Below, piece by piece: positions 29,766 to 39,740 of a stretch of DNA of 64,000 bases. The notes under the pieces are model-generated. The model had not been told where the DNA came from, ran no database searches, and was given only the letters and a program-made list of their open reading frames with translations. This DNA comes from Bdellovibrionota bacterium (GTDB lineage: Bacteria > Bdellovibrionota_G > JALEGL01 > DATDPG01), in NCBI GenBank assembly GCA_963668355.1, contig OY764265.1, positions 2,720,001-2,784,000 on the forward strand, read 5' to 3'. The position numbers and the translations under genes are program-made. Numbering within the stretch: the stretch's first letter is position 1; every line of letters begins with the position of its first letter.

Positions 29766-30449
29766 ATGAAAAGTGGAACCCTCTATATTGTGGCCTCCCC
29801 CATCGGAAATTTGGAGGATTTTTCTCCCAGAGCTCAAAACGCCCTTCGGGAGGTCTCTTTGGTTGCAGCCGAAGACACCCGGCGCACACGAAAGCTTTTG
29901 ACGCATTTTGAATTGAACAAGCCCTTAATTCGCTGTGATGAGCGCCTACAAGAAGGTGCCAGCCGGAAGATTCTCCGAGAGCTGGATGAGGGGCAATCTG
30001 TCGCTTTTTTGAGCGATGCAGGGGTTCCGACCCTTTCAGATCCCGGTGCGGTACTTGTGAATGCCATTGCCGAGGCTGGCCATTCAATCACTCCCATTCC
30101 CGGCCCTTCGGCCATCACAACCGCCTTGAGTGTGGCGGGCTTTCCCGTGGTTCCGTACAGTTTTTTTGGGTTTCTGCCTCGAAAGGGAAAATTTAGAAGG
30201 GAAATTTGGGAGGCCATAGAAAAGGGGCGGCAGGCCATCGTCCTTTTTGAATCCCCTTTTCGCCTCCAAAAAACCCTGGACCAATTGGGCGAAGCGTTCC
30301 CGGATCGGCGCGCATGTGTTGGACGAGAGTTAACCAAGTTCTATGAAGAAACGGCTCGGGGAACCCTTTCTGAACTGGCTTCCCATTTTGGACAAAAAAA
30401 GATCCGAGGAGAGTGTACAATTGTCATTGCTCATAAGGGTGCGCAATGA
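29766..30449 (+). CDS. rsmI: 16S rRNA (cytidine1402-2'-O)-methyltransferase
   Basis: LYIVASPIGNLED, AEDTR, SDAG.P..SDPG, FESP.R, RELTK. Confidence 0.96.
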   Translation: MKSGTLYIVASPIGNLEDFSPRAQNALREVSLVAAEDTRRTRKLLTHFELNKPLIRCDERLQEGASRKILRELDEGQSVAFLSDAGVPTLSDPGAVLVNAIAEAGHSITPIPGPSAITTALSVAGFPVVPYSFFGFLPRKGKFRREIWEAIEKGRQAIVLFESPFRLQKTLDQLGEAFPDRRACVGRELTKFYEETARGTLSELASHFGQKKIRGECTIVIAHKGAQ

Positions 30450-30628
30450 ATCAAACGTTTGCTAAGGGACTGTTACTTTTCTTTCTTCTTTCGGGAGCGG
30501 CGTTCAACATCGCTCAGGGAAGAAAGGCCCTTCGTTCAAAGAAAGGGCATTCGGTCTGGGGATGGGCTCGAATCATCGTTGGCGTCGTGATGGCTTTGCT
30601 TCCCATTCCCCTACTCTGGTTTCTTTAA
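30446..30628 (+). CDS. small two-TM membrane protein
   Basis: ATGA overlap with rsmI; two hydrophobic helices. Confidence 0.6.
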   Translation: MNQTFAKGLLLFFLLSGAAFNIAQGRKALRSKKGHSVWGWARIIVGVVMALLPIPLLWFL

Positions 30629-30630
30629 CA

Positions 30631-31302
30631 ATGACGAATCTTTCAGCCCAAAAAAAGATCGGTCTTACGCACCTCCTCATCGCCTTCTTGGGGTTTTCTT
30701 TGGTTTTTAATCCTTGGGTCATCCCTGTTTTGCCCCAGAATGGTTGGCTTTCCGTTCTCATCTCGCCTCAAGTCTTTTTCCTCCTCGCATTCGTTTGGAT
30801 CGTCTGGGCGCGAAATCTTCCAAGAGAAAAGTGGGGACTTTCCGTTCAACCTTTCGGTTTAAACACCCTTCGAGGACTGTCGCTGGGCCTCTTTCCCATC
30901 TTTTTTGCCCTGTCGGTGTTTTTGTTTTTTGAACTTGTGGGTCTAAAGGATCTCTGGCTCGGTCCCCCCATTCCATATGCACCCACGGCAAAAGATTACC
31001 TCCTTCTCTTTCTCCTGGCCCCCTTGTCCGAAGAACTTTTTTTCAGAGGCCTTCTTTTTCCCGCTCTCAAGGAAGAATATTCCACCCGTTTTGCCGTGAT
31101 CGCCTCAGCGGTCATTTTCATGGCCGGTCATGGAGGCGTGAAGATCGGTCCCTTGATCTTGGGTTTGATCACGCCCCTTCTTTACCTGAGAACCAAGTCC
31201 TTATGGCCAGGGATGCTCTTCCACGCCATCAGCAATACGTACATCCCTCTTCTGATCACCTTTTTTCCAAACCTCTATCGAAAGATTCTCTACCTCTTTT
31301 AA
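30631..31302 (+). CDS. CPBP (Abi/CAAX-type) intramembrane glutamic endopeptidase
   Basis: APLSEELFFRG, F...H and HAISN motifs. Confidence 0.88.
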   Translation: MTNLSAQKKIGLTHLLIAFLGFSLVFNPWVIPVLPQNGWLSVLISPQVFFLLAFVWIVWARNLPREKWGLSVQPFGLNTLRGLSLGLFPIFFALSVFLFFELVGLKDLWLGPPIPYAPTAKDYLLLFLLAPLSEELFFRGLLFPALKEEYSTRFAVIASAVIFMAGHGGVKIGPLILGLITPLLYLRTKSLWPGMLFHAISNTYIPLLITFFPNLYRKILYLF

Positions 31303-31349
31303 GATACGCATCTGGCGATTCAGAAGATTCGAGGTTATCCTAGAAATCT

Positions 31350-33119
31350 GTGTCTAAAGAGACCGAAAGCAATAAAGACATCGAACTCCTTTTGACCCTC
31401 ATGGATAAAGCGGTTCGACAGTTCATGCTATATGGACGAAATCATCCACAATTTGCTTCCGCTTCCAACGACTTCTACAGTCGATTGAAAGATTTTTTCA
31501 CCTCTCATTCCGTCTTGGACTTAAACGTCAAACGAACGGAAATTCAATGGGGTGGAAAGAAGGTCTACGAAGTTAGCAAAAAGGATGGAAACTACATCCA
31601 ACAAATGTACGTGGATGGAATTCGCAGGCTTGAAATTCTTCCGTCCGTTGAAGTTTCGGAGCTTGAGGATTTTGTCTCGGTTCTTGGACGAGATGTACAA
31701 AGTTATGAAAGCCAAGAGGATGACACCACGACCCTCCTATGGAAGCTAGCTCTTCCAAACGTAAAAACGGAAACCATCGATATTTATGCCAGCGACCGAT
31801 TGGCCATTCTTCAGCAGGATGACCTTTCCCAGCAAAACCTTTCGGAGGAGGACAAAAAGAATAAAGATTACTTTGATAATATGATTTACAAACTTTTGGG
31901 ATATGAAACCGAAAGTCCTTCGGAAAACACCCCTCCTACGTTTTCAAAAAAAAGTCATTCGGCTTTCCAGGAAGAAATCAAAACCCCCGCGACCGAAGAA
32001 TTTTTTCATCTGACGGAGACTGAAAGGAAATCTCTCGATGAAGAAATCGAAAAAATTAGAAATCGAGATTATCTTTCAGAGATTGTGGTCATTTTCAATG
32101 AGGTCTTCGAAGTGGAGAAGGACACCCAAAATTTTCCGCTTCTCCTTCAGGTGTATACAGACGCAATCGGAAACTTCATGGACAAAGGGGAACTGGGAAA
32201 AGCATCGACCTGGTTAAAGTCCCTGCGAGCGTCCCAGATGAAGATTGGCCAAACCAACTTAGATGCTCATGAACTCATCGAAGAGGAAATTTCAAGAATC
32301 GCTTCTTCCGAACGTTTGGCCAACCTCGGCAAACAGGTCGCAGAAGGAAAGTTCACAAACCCAAAAGAATGGGTCACGTTGTTTTCCTATTTAGGAGAAA
32401 AAGCTGCTGCGTCCATTTGTGAATTCCTGTCACATGTTCCTCAAGAATCCATTCATGAATCGGTTCGAACCTTCCTGATGGAACAAGCCAAAGGGCAAAC
32501 CGACGTTTATTTAGCCTACCTTAAAAAGGCGCAGTGGCAGATTGTTCGAGACATGGTTCGAATCTTGTCTTCGCTATTGGATGCTCAAGTTCTTTCCACC
32601 GTGTTCAAGCATGTCGCGATTCACCCCGCTCCAGACGTCCGTTCAGAAGTCCTCCGCCACATCTCCAAGTATTCACCGGACTTTCGAGCAAACCTTCTCA
32701 AACGGGGGATTTCAGATTCTTCAGAGTCGGTTCGGGCACTCTGTTTCGGCATCATCGTCCGAGATCCCATCCCAGAGTTGGCCAAAATCATCGCCGAACA
32801 AGTTCCCAAACCCGATTTCCTTGAGAAAACCGCTAATGAAAAACGAGTTACCTTGCTTGCGCTGGCGCAATGTGGAGGAACAGGAACCCTCAAATTTTTG
32901 AACGAAATTGTAGAGGATTCGGGGACCACGCCAGCTCACGATGAACTTCGAATGGCTGCGTTACAAGCCATTGCGGCAGTTCAGGACCCCAAGGCCGACG
33001 AAATCTTACAAGATTGGGCAAAAAAAAGTTTTTTTCAGAAAAGTCTTCGAGATGCCGCACGACGTCTTCTGGAACGACGAACTCCGATTCCCCAACCCGA
33101 AGAGGAGCGTGAAAAATGA
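31350..33119 (+). CDS. HEAT-repeat protein
   Basis: C-terminal HEAT/PBS-like repeats (HPAPDVRSEVL, DSSESVRAL, ELRMAALQAI); coupled to the HD-GYP gene. Confidence 0.75.
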   Translation: MSKETESNKDIELLLTLMDKAVRQFMLYGRNHPQFASASNDFYSRLKDFFTSHSVLDLNVKRTEIQWGGKKVYEVSKKDGNYIQQMYVDGIRRLEILPSVEVSELEDFVSVLGRDVQSYESQEDDTTTLLWKLALPNVKTETIDIYASDRLAILQQDDLSQQNLSEEDKKNKDYFDNMIYKLLGYETESPSENTPPTFSKKSHSAFQEEIKTPATEEFFHLTETERKSLDEEIEKIRNRDYLSEIVVIFNEVFEVEKDTQNFPLLLQVYTDAIGNFMDKGELGKASTWLKSLRASQMKIGQTNLDAHELIEEEISRIASSERLANLGKQVAEGKFTNPKEWVTLFSYLGEKAAASICEFLSHVPQESIHESVRTFLMEQAKGQTDVYLAYLKKAQWQIVRDMVRILSSLLDAQVLSTVFKHVAIHPAPDVRSEVLRHISKYSPDFRANLLKRGISDSSESVRALCFGIIVRDPIPELAKIIAEQVPKPDFLEKTANEKRVTLLALAQCGGTGTLKFLNEIVEDSGTTPAHDELRMAALQAIAAVQDPKADEILQDWAKKSFFQKSLRDAARRLLERRTPIPQPEEEREK

Positions 33120-34603
33120 CCGAACAAGAGCTCACGAAATCTTCTGGCCCCCGAAACCATGAAGACAAAATCATTTTGAATCAGATGGGAAGAAAATGGC
33201 TGATCTCATTCTTTTCCCTCCTTCGAACCGTAAAAATTCATACGCCAGACAATGAGATTTTTACCGCTCCCATCAAAACACTCCACGAAACCGGCCAAAA
33301 AATTTTCGATTTAGATGGCAAGGCCGATTTTCGTGTCTTGGAAGATCAATTTTTTCTAAACAATCTTTGGGTGAAGCCGGCTCTATCCGAACGAGAACAG
33401 CTCTATCAATTGGCCAATCACCTCAAATCCAACGACATGGGAGGGATTTCCCTTCGAGCCAATCCAAGTGAGTCAGACTGGCGAAGCTTCCTGGGAGCCA
33501 TTCGAAAAGTCAACGCCCCTTTAAAAGAGCGTGTTGCTGAAATGAACCGTGCACTGGCGGAAGCCCGAATCGAACAAATTGAAATTCTTCGACTCTTGGT
33601 ACTCAAAGACCAGAACGAAGAAGTTCTTCCACTCCCTGCCCTGGTGTTCGCGGGGGTCAAAGCGTATTCCAAATGTCTCATGGTTTTGAAAGAATTTACG
33701 CTTTCAACGCCGGGAGAAGAACAGGTCGGAGCCATTCGAAAGGCTCAACGAACCATCTGCGAGATGGTCGAAATGGCAGAAAAAACGCCCAAGCTTTTCC
33801 TCCTCCTCTCTCTTTTGAAAAACTTCGATTCCTATTTCTTTCATCACGGCGTGAATGTCTGCATCCTCTCTTTGGCAACCGGCGTTCATATGGGAATGAA
33901 ACGAAAAGAATTGGTCGATTTGGGGCTCGCAGCCCTCCTTCATGATGTCGGAAAGCTTCTTTTACCCGAAGAGCTTCTGAACAAACCCGAAGACCTTTCC
34001 GAAGACGAATGGAATCGAATTCAACACCATCCCATCGATTCGGCAAAATCCTTCATGACACTCGGGTACATCAATGAGTCTGTCGCCGAAAGAATCTTGG
34101 TGGCTTATCAGCATCACTGGGCCTCCGGATCTCCAAAGTCTTACCCTCAACCCCGGCGTCCCATGAATCCGAGTCTGATGTCGAGCATTGTTGCTGTCGC
34201 CGTAACGTATGATGCCTTGACCACGCCCAAGAACTACCGAGATTCGTTCGCTCCCTATCAAGCCATACGAATTTTATCCTCTCAGGCAAAAAAGGGGTTT
34301 TACAAAAATGAAATCATCAAAACTTTCCTCAATTTAATGGGACCCGCGCCTTGTGGAAGCTGGGTAAAACTCGACTCAGGAGAAATGGGCTTGGTGGCTG
34401 TGGGAGGATGTCACGCGCCCCGGACCCACTTTCCTCTCCTATTCGTTCCCAAAGAAAAAGGGAGCGGAGATTGGGTAAACACAGCCGAAAACAACCCGAA
34501 GACCGGACAACGCCCCCGACTTCTCTACATCAAAGAAAATCGACCCCACACCTATGGTGTTTTAGGGAGCCTTTTCAACTCCGGCGACGGCCAGATTTTT
34601 TAG
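33116..34603 (+). CDS. HD-GYP domain protein (apparently degenerate)
   Basis: H.VNV, LLHDVGK, HP, QHH...SYP, YDALTT. Confidence 0.8.
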   Translation: MTEQELTKSSGPRNHEDKIILNQMGRKWLISFFSLLRTVKIHTPDNEIFTAPIKTLHETGQKIFDLDGKADFRVLEDQFFLNNLWVKPALSEREQLYQLANHLKSNDMGGISLRANPSESDWRSFLGAIRKVNAPLKERVAEMNRALAEARIEQIEILRLLVLKDQNEEVLPLPALVFAGVKAYSKCLMVLKEFTLSTPGEEQVGAIRKAQRTICEMVEMAEKTPKLFLLLSLLKNFDSYFFHHGVNVCILSLATGVHMGMKRKELVDLGLAALLHDVGKLLLPEELLNKPEDLSEDEWNRIQHHPIDSAKSFMTLGYINESVAERILVAYQHHWASGSPKSYPQPRRPMNPSLMSSIVAVAVTYDALTTPKNYRDSFAPYQAIRILSSQAKKGFYKNEIIKTFLNLMGPAPCGSWVKLDSGEMGLVAVGGCHAPRTHFPLLFVPKEKGSGDWVNTAENNPKTGQRPRLLYIKENRPHTYGVLGSLFNSGDGQIF

Positions 34604-34609
34604 ATCGAG

Positions 34610-36106
34610 TTAAAAACTTGAAGCCAACTCGATGAACGTTCTCACACCGAATCCCGTTCCTCCTTTCGGAGAAATGGGCAATTCATATTCCGGATACGCA
34701 GGACCGGCGATGTCCAAATGGGCCCATGAAGAACAATCCACGAATTCTTCCAAAAACAGTCCAGCGGTGATGGCTCCGCCCCAACGTCCACCGACGTTCT
34801 TTAGGTCAGCCACTTCGCTCTTTAAGCTCTTCAAATAATTCTTTTCATTGGGAAGCACCCAAAGCTTCTCTCCAACTTCATCGCCTGCGCTTCGAACACG
34901 CGTAGCCAGTTTTGGATTGTTCGTAATGATGCCCGCAATCTCTTGCCCAAGAGCCACAACACAAGCTCCGGTCAATGTGGCGGCATTCAACACATCATCC
35001 ACTTTCAGTTCTTTGGAATAAGAAAGTGCGTCAGCCAAAATGAGTCGCCCCTCGGCATCCGTATTTTCAATTTCCACACTCTTTCCGTTGTACCCTTTCA
35101 CGACATCTCCCGGTCGAATGGAGTGCGCGCTGGGTAAGTTTTCAACGATTGGCACCAAGGCGTGGACATGAACGGGCAGCTTCAGTTTTGCAATTCCCCA
35201 GATCGCTCCTAGAACAGCCGCAGCACCAGCCATGTCCGTTTTCATCCCATACATAGCACTTTGAGGCTTGAGGGATAGTCCACCACTATCGAACGTGACG
35301 CCTTTTCCCACCAGGGCAATTTTTCGTTTGGCTTTCTGTTTGGGACGATATTCCAGGTGAACCATTCTCGGTCGCACATCACTTCCCATTCCAACCGCCA
35401 AAATGAGATTCATCCCTCTCTTTTTGAGCTCCGCCTCTGAAAGCAACTTGAAGGTCAGTTTCTGATCCTTAGCAAGGACTTCGGCTTTTTTGGCCATGGT
35501 TTCCGGATTCACGATATTGGCTGGCTCATTGACCAGATCCCTGGCAATGAAGGTTGCCTGCGTACAAGCCACCGCCCTTTCTACGACGGTTTCCATCTTG
35601 CGTTTTTGGCGCACATCCCCAACCAGCACAGAAATCGATTGAAATGTTTTTTCGGGGTCTCCACCTTTCAAATGGGGAAAAAACCGATACGTCCTGAGTA
35701 GGAAGCCTTCCAGAGCGGCATCAAAGTGGTTTTCGATTTCTTTCCCTTGTCCGAGGGGGAGCGAAACCTTGAGCAATTTTCTCTCCTGGATCGCCCTACA
35801 GGCCCCGGCATAAGCATTTCGGAAAGCATCTCGCGAAAAATTCTTCTTTTCACCCAACCCAACAAAAAGAATGCGTTTAAAAGACAGATCGAAGAAATCA
35901 CACCAGAGGGTCTTTCCGTCCTCTCCTTCAAATCCATTTTGTTCCATGGCTTTTTTCAAAGCGCCCTTTAGAAATCGGTCCATTTCCTTAAAAGGACTCA
36001 GCAAGGGAGTTTTTTGAAAAATGGGGACCACGAGCACATCGGCCGCTTCCGTCAATAGAGGTTGCTTCAACACGGTAGGATTTGGGAAAAGACTATTTTT
36101 CATCAT
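34610..36106 (-). CDS. pepA: leucyl aminopeptidase (M17)
   Basis: LVGKGVTFDSGG, MKTDMAGA, NTDAEGRL, WAHLDIAG. Confidence 0.96.
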   Translation of the reverse strand: MMKNSLFPNPTVLKQPLLTEAADVLVVPIFQKTPLLSPFKEMDRFLKGALKKAMEQNGFEGEDGKTLWCDFFDLSFKRILFVGLGEKKNFSRDAFRNAYAGACRAIQERKLLKVSLPLGQGKEIENHFDAALEGFLLRTYRFFPHLKGGDPEKTFQSISVLVGDVRQKRKMETVVERAVACTQATFIARDLVNEPANIVNPETMAKKAEVLAKDQKLTFKLLSEAELKKRGMNLILAVGMGSDVRPRMVHLEYRPKQKAKRKIALVGKGVTFDSGGLSLKPQSAMYGMKTDMAGAAAVLGAIWGIAKLKLPVHVHALVPIVENLPSAHSIRPGDVVKGYNGKSVEIENTDAEGRLILADALSYSKELKVDDVLNAATLTGACVVALGQEIAGIITNNPKLATRVRSAGDEVGEKLWVLPNEKNYLKSLKSEVADLKNVGGRWGGAITAGLFLEEFVDCSSWAHLDIAGPAYPEYELPISPKGGTGFGVRTFIELASSF

Positions 36107-36143
36107 GGTTTTCTATCCTGACGACTTGAAAAAAAAAGTCCAC

Positions 36144-36171
36144 TTGACAGTGCTTTTTCCTGCGGTATAAG
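36144..36171 (+). promoter_or_regulatory. sigma70-like promoter with no downstream ORF
   Basis: TTGACA-N16-TATAAG. Confidence 0.6.
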
Positions 36172-36177
36172 CCGAGC

Positions 36178-36345
36178 GATTTTTTCGAATTCGAGCTTCA
36201 ACGAAGGCCAAGAACGGATTTTGAGGTTGTGGTTGATCGAAATTGCGATGGATTTTTCTTGTCGCTGAACTCCCCGCCTTCCGAAAAGCTCGATTTTTTG
36301 AAAAGGGGCTTGAGAACTGCTTCTCAGGCCCCTTTCATTTTCTCG
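36178..36345 (+). ncRNA. candidate structured small RNA (~165 nt)
   Basis: Upstream promoter, nested stems (TCGAGCTT/AAGCTCGA, GAAGGC/GCCTTC, CAAGAA/TTCTTG) and a closing terminator. Confidence 0.55.
36302..36345 (+). terminator. intrinsic terminator
   Basis: AAAGGGGCTTGAGAA-ctgc-TTCTCAGGCCCCTTT hairpin followed by a T-rich tail. Confidence 0.75.
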
Positions 36346-36515
36346 TTTTCCTTGACTTAGTGACATATGTGACGCACTCTATCGGAGTGATGCCCCCTTG
36401 CCGCACACCCCTTCGGCAAACAGCTATAATCGTTCAACTCATCGATAATAAAGGAATTTATTTCTTAATTAACATATTGCGTTATCTTTGCTTTTTTCGT
36501 TATAATACGCGCGCC

Positions 36516-37688
36516 ATGCCAAAAGGCTTTCAGACTTGGGATCTACACGTCCCGAATCATTTTTTCGCTGGGACGTTTGGGCTCCTTTCTCTTTTCATCT
36601 TCGGCTGCTCCGGACACACCCCCACCGTTAATCAAGAAGCCTTAAACAAATTCAAAGCGGCTCAAGCCCAACTTTCCGGTCCTTTTGATGGAACTCGAAC
36701 TTCGGAGACTTCCCCAAATCCTACGGAACCCGTCTGGGCTGCGCCCCAAAATACTGACCCAGATCCAGAGACCAAGAACGACTCCACCAAGGCTGCGGAA
36801 AAACCATCTTCCGGGTCCGAACCTTCCGAAGACGACCCCTCGACGGATCCCAATCCCAAGCTTTCCCAACCCCCAGAAGGATATTTATCTACGCGTTCCT
36901 TTCTTGGCCCTGCCGGCCCCGTTTTCCAAAACATTTCCATCCATGAAAACATGTCGGCTGTCTTGGGCATTGATGAAATTCGGCCGGTCATTTTCATTCC
37001 TCCCGCCAAATATCAAGTGGGATTCATTCGACGGGGCTCCGGAGATGTCACGCTTCAAACATATAAATATGAACAAATCGGAGATACTTTCCAATACTGC
37101 GACTCCGTGTCCGGTCAGTGTTTCAAACTTCCCTCCAACAAATCTGAAAAACGCAGTTTAGAGTTGGATTTGAATTGGACCGGACGAAAAGTCCCCTTAG
37201 TCGCTTATCGTAGAGGGACAACCGAAACGCCAAGCGACACCCATCCGCTCGACTTCATTCTCATCAAACACGATCCAAATTACGAAGGTGCCGACTACGC
37301 AAATGTTTTTGATTACGAAGATCCGCCTTTGCAATGGAAAGCTTTCCTCTTTTCCAAAGGATTTAAGAGACTGGATCGCGTCTACAATACGGCCGACCTA
37401 TGGTTTCGGTCCACGGGTGAGCGCGACGAGTATCAAATCGACATCAAACGCTTTGAATCCAACACGAACCCCGGTCCCTGGAAGACATTGCGCGTAAATG
37501 TAAGGGACGAGCTTCCCTGGAAACTTGCCCAACCCACAAAGAACACAAAGGGAATGGAGATTTACCTTTCGGAGAAAGATGAAAAATTATCCATGACCGG
37601 AAAAGTGTTTTACCCAGATGGCTCAGAAGTTTGGTTTATCGCCTTCCCTGAGACGACTTTGATGACCCTCGCTTACGCCGAAAAATAA
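36516..37688 (+). CDS. hypothetical lipoprotein with a Pro/Ser/Thr-rich linker
   Basis: IFGC lipobox; TATAAT 9 nt upstream of ATG 36516; 3' end overlaps der convergently by 53 nt. Confidence 0.7.
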   Translation: MPKGFQTWDLHVPNHFFAGTFGLLSLFIFGCSGHTPTVNQEALNKFKAAQAQLSGPFDGTRTSETSPNPTEPVWAAPQNTDPDPETKNDSTKAAEKPSSGSEPSEDDPSTDPNPKLSQPPEGYLSTRSFLGPAGPVFQNISIHENMSAVLGIDEIRPVIFIPPAKYQVGFIRRGSGDVTLQTYKYEQIGDTFQYCDSVSGQCFKLPSNKSEKRSLELDLNWTGRKVPLVAYRRGTTETPSDTHPLDFILIKHDPNYEGADYANVFDYEDPPLQWKAFLFSKGFKRLDRVYNTADLWFRSTGERDEYQIDIKRFESNTNPGPWKTLRVNVRDELPWKLAQPTKNTKGMEIYLSEKDEKLSMTGKVFYPDGSEVWFIAFPETTLMTLAYAEK

Positions 37689-38994
37689 CACGTAGGGGCA
37701 ACCCCTTCATCTGACAATGTTCCTGCAAGGCATTCGTCCAATATCTTTCATACGAGGGGTCAATCCATCGAGGATCATTGCACCAAACAAAAAACCGACT
37801 CGCGAAGTCAGGATCCTGAGACAAGCCAGAGAGACGAATCCGATGAGATCGTTTTCCTTTCGGAGGATGTTCACCCAAAATCAATCGAAAAACCTCTTTG
37901 AGTTTTGCGGGCTCAAAGAACTTGCTTTGTCTTCGGTGAATGGCTTTGGCCTCATTTAGTAACGTATCTACAGACATCCCGGTTTTCGCTGAAACAAATC
38001 GAACCACAGCAAAACTCAAAAACGGCGCCTTGAGATACAATTCTTCTCGAAATTCTTGGCGATTTCTCTGAGAATCTCGAACCAAGTCCCATTTATTCGC
38101 GGCAACGCAGAAACCTTTTCCCTGCTCTAAAGCCAGAGCCACAATGCGCTCATCCTGTGTCGTCATTGGGCTCGTGGCATCCAAAACCAAGATGATGACA
38201 TCTGCACGTTCCACACTTCGAAATGAGGTGGCCGCAGAAACCTTTTCTACGCCATCTTGGACTTTAAACTTTCGTCGAATTCCAGCCGTGTCTAAGAGTA
38301 GATATCGATGACCTTCTACCTCCGCTTCAACATCCACAACGTCTCTTGTGGTTCCCGCAATCTCCGTGACCGCCAAGCGCGGTTCATTCAAAATGGCGTT
38401 GATCAAGGAAGATTTCCCCACATTGGGCCGCCCTATAAATGCAATTTTGCTCGTCTCTCTGTCAGGTTCGGATTCCACATCGGCAAGAAGCTTTCCTTTC
38501 AATTCCAAGCCCAATGCCTCTCGAAGAGACTCAACACCAATGCTGTGCTCAGCAGACACTTCGAAGACCTCGGACATGCCCAGTCGAAGGAATTCATCAA
38601 AAGCTTCCTTCTTGGAACCCGGATCCGCCTTATTAATCACCAACAAACTCTTAGTGCCTGTCTCCCGCGCCCTCTTCACCACAATTTCGTCGGCATACGT
38701 TAAGCCTTCTCGACCATCCACGACCACCAACAATAGATCGGCTTCCTTCATGGCTTGATCAATTTGCGATAAAACTGCGGCGTCAAGCACATCGCTTTCT
38801 TCGACCAAGAACCCTCCGGTATCCACCAAACGGGCTTGACCGCCCTCCAATGAGAGGGTTTCAGAAATACGATCCCTCGTAACCCCTGGCCGATCGTGAA
38901 CAATGGCGCGCCGTCTTCCAACCAATCGATTGAATAAGGTCGATTTGCCAACGTTCGGCCGTCCTGTAATGACAATGGTGGGAATCATGCTCAT
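37636..38994 (-). CDS. der: ribosome biogenesis GTPase Der (EngA)
   Basis: Two G-domains: GRPNVGKST/DTGG/NKAD and GRPNVGKSS/DTAG/NKWD. Confidence 0.95.
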   Translation of the reverse strand: MSMIPTIVITGRPNVGKSTLFNRLVGRRRAIVHDRPGVTRDRISETLSLEGGQARLVDTGGFLVEESDVLDAAVLSQIDQAMKEADLLLVVVDGREGLTYADEIVVKRARETGTKSLLVINKADPGSKKEAFDEFLRLGMSEVFEVSAEHSIGVESLREALGLELKGKLLADVESEPDRETSKIAFIGRPNVGKSSLINAILNEPRLAVTEIAGTTRDVVDVEAEVEGHRYLLLDTAGIRRKFKVQDGVEKVSAATSFRSVERADVIILVLDATSPMTTQDERIVALALEQGKGFCVAANKWDLVRDSQRNRQEFREELYLKAPFLSFAVVRFVSAKTGMSVDTLLNEAKAIHRRQSKFFEPAKLKEVFRLILGEHPPKGKRSHRIRLSGLSQDPDFASRFFVWCNDPRWIDPSYERYWTNALQEHCQMKGLPLRVIFRRKRGSSKSSQGRR

Positions 38995-39740
38995 TCGTCT
39001 TCTTTGGAAATTTTTTTCTCTTCTTTTTCTGCGCGCATGGATTGCAAGGCAATATGGGCGGCCTGTTGTTCGGAAGCTTTCTTACTCTTGGCTCGACCTC
39101 GGCCATACACCTCTGCGTTGACCTGAACTTCGGACTCAAACGTCTTGCTGTGGTCTGGACCTTCCTCCAAAACGAGATGATATGTGGGGGTCGTGTTATG
39201 CACCCGTTGCGTAAACTCCTGCAACATCGTTTTGTAATCATGCTTCTCATAATGTTTTTCCACATTCTCCAACAAATCACGCATGGAAAAACGAATGAAC
39301 GTTTCAACGTCCCCAATGCCCCCCTCTTGGAAAATGGCGCAAAGCAAAGCCTCAAAGGCATTGGCCAGGAGAGAATCCTTTTTTCTTCCCTGCGTAACTT
39401 CTTCGCCTTTGCCAAGACGCAAAAAAGGACCCAGATCGATTTTTCTCGCCGACTTTGCCAAACTTCGTTCATTGACCAACGTCGATCGATATCTAGAAAG
39501 CGTCCCTTCGCTTTCTTCAGGAAACTCATCCATCAACCAAGAACTCACCGTAAGCTGCAAAACTGCGTCTCCGAGAAACTCCATACGTTCATTGTCCGAA
39601 AGTCCCTGCCCCGAATGTTCATTGGCATACGAGCGATGGGTCAAAGCTGTTACAAAGAAATCTTTCTGGTGAATGGGGTGCCCCAGGACCTCTTCGATTC
39701 GGTTCAATAAATGCTCTATGGGCTCAGCCGTTGTTTCCAT
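38991..39740 (-). CDS. rnc: ribonuclease III
   Basis: ALTHRS, NERMEFLGDAVL, and dsRBD DYKT.LQE...GPDH...SKK..EQ.AA. Confidence 0.97.
   Translation of the reverse strand: METTAEPIEHLLNRIEEVLGHPIHQKDFFVTALTHRSYANEHSGQGLSDNERMEFLGDAVLQLTVSSWLMDEFPEESEGTLSRYRSTLVNERSLAKSARKIDLGPFLRLGKGEEVTQGRKKDSLLANAFEALLCAIFQEGGIGDVETFIRFSMRDLLENVEKHYEKHDYKTMLQEFTQRVHNTTPTYHLVLEEGPDHSKTFESEVQVNAEVYGRGRAKSKKASEQQAAHIALQSMRAEKEEKKISKEDE

Noticed and set aside
36359..36374. CRP/FNR-like site AGTGA-N6-TGACG
   Set aside because: Several mismatches to consensus and no second supporting site.
36243..36515. N-terminal extension of the 481-aa ORF
   Set aside because: It runs through a terminator hairpin and promoter DNA; the lipoprotein signal fits the ATG at 36516.
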